NCBI RefSeq assembly: GCF_035594765.1 | Contig: NC_085841.1 | Location: 342,869,402-342,933,401 of the forward strand | Direction: 5' to 3' | Length of the DNA: 64,000 bases | Source of the DNA: Anolis carolinensis | Taxonomy: Eukaryota | Shown here: piece after piece, positions 63,859-64,000 of the stretch | How the letters are laid out: each line of letters begins with the position of its first letter | Position numbering within the stretch: position 1 is the first letter of the stretch | Notes under the pieces: model-generated | What the model saw: only the letters and a program-made list of their open reading frames with translations | Database searches by the model: none | What the model was told of the DNA's origin: nothing | Position numbers and translations under genes: made by a program

Positions 63859-63868
63859 TTGACTCCGC
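63859..63868 (+). promoter_or_regulatory. Self-priming primer-binding site TTGACTCCGC
   Basis: 2 nt after the LTR end; exact reverse complement of GCGGAGTCAA at 63334-63343. Confidence 0.75.
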
Positions 63869-63898
63869 CACCCTAAGCACCAATTAACCTAGGCCAGA

Positions 63899-64000
63899 AT
63901 GTCTACCGGAACCGTGCCGGGTGGCCAGCCACTTAGCTACACCATCGACAAGGACGAAGTGGACCGCATCCGTGATAAGCTCAATGCGCAGGAGGGAGAA
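63899..64000 (+). CDS. Probable gag N-terminus (partial): MSTGTVPGGQPLSYTIDKDEVDRIRDKLNAQEGE
   Basis: First ATG after the LTR and PBS, open to the window end; assigned by position only. Confidence 0.6.
   Translation, partial: MSTGTVPGGQPLSYTIDKDEVDRIRDKLNAQEGE

Noticed and set aside
1-64000. Most short ORFs in the track, including the recurring FPPERYLLIYSH and MERRYLPARAVPIDLLT peptides
   Set aside because: Chance frames, antisense shadows of LINE ORFs, microsatellite translations or translations of Sauria SINE copies; no recognisable host domain

Overview
Vertebrate, repeat-dense DNA. The repeat families (Sauria SINE with (ACCTTT)n tail, an L2-tailed SINE, CR1 with (ATTCTATG)n tail, R4/Dong, Penelope, many hAT/Tigger/Harbinger MITEs) point to a squamate, most likely an Anolis lizard; this is inferred from repeat content. 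I recognise no host protein-coding exon, so the window is probably intronic or intergenic. All credible coding sequence is transposon-derived: a 5'-truncated CR1 ORF2 (17.2-19.4 kb), a full-length but disabled L1 (27.3-33.7 kb), a decayed DIRS/Ngaro element (6.6-8.2 kb), two R4/Dong 3' ends, and four related LTRs of a Ty3/Gypsy-type family (a solo LTR at 41.2-42.1 kb and a triple nest at 62.2-64 kb that runs into a probable gag). The best novelty candidate is a small ORF in the U3 of these LTRs. It starts at LTR base 5 in three diverged copies, and its C-terminal RRSLRIAA motif is kept through almost wholly synonymous change between the two complete copies. The motif resembles the HMGN nucleosome-binding core. 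The same family shows a Tf1/sushi-type self-priming signature. Several insertion histories can be read from target-site duplications (TSDs). Family names are recognised by eye, not by database search. Assembly gaps lie at 51416-51549 and 57596-57733.
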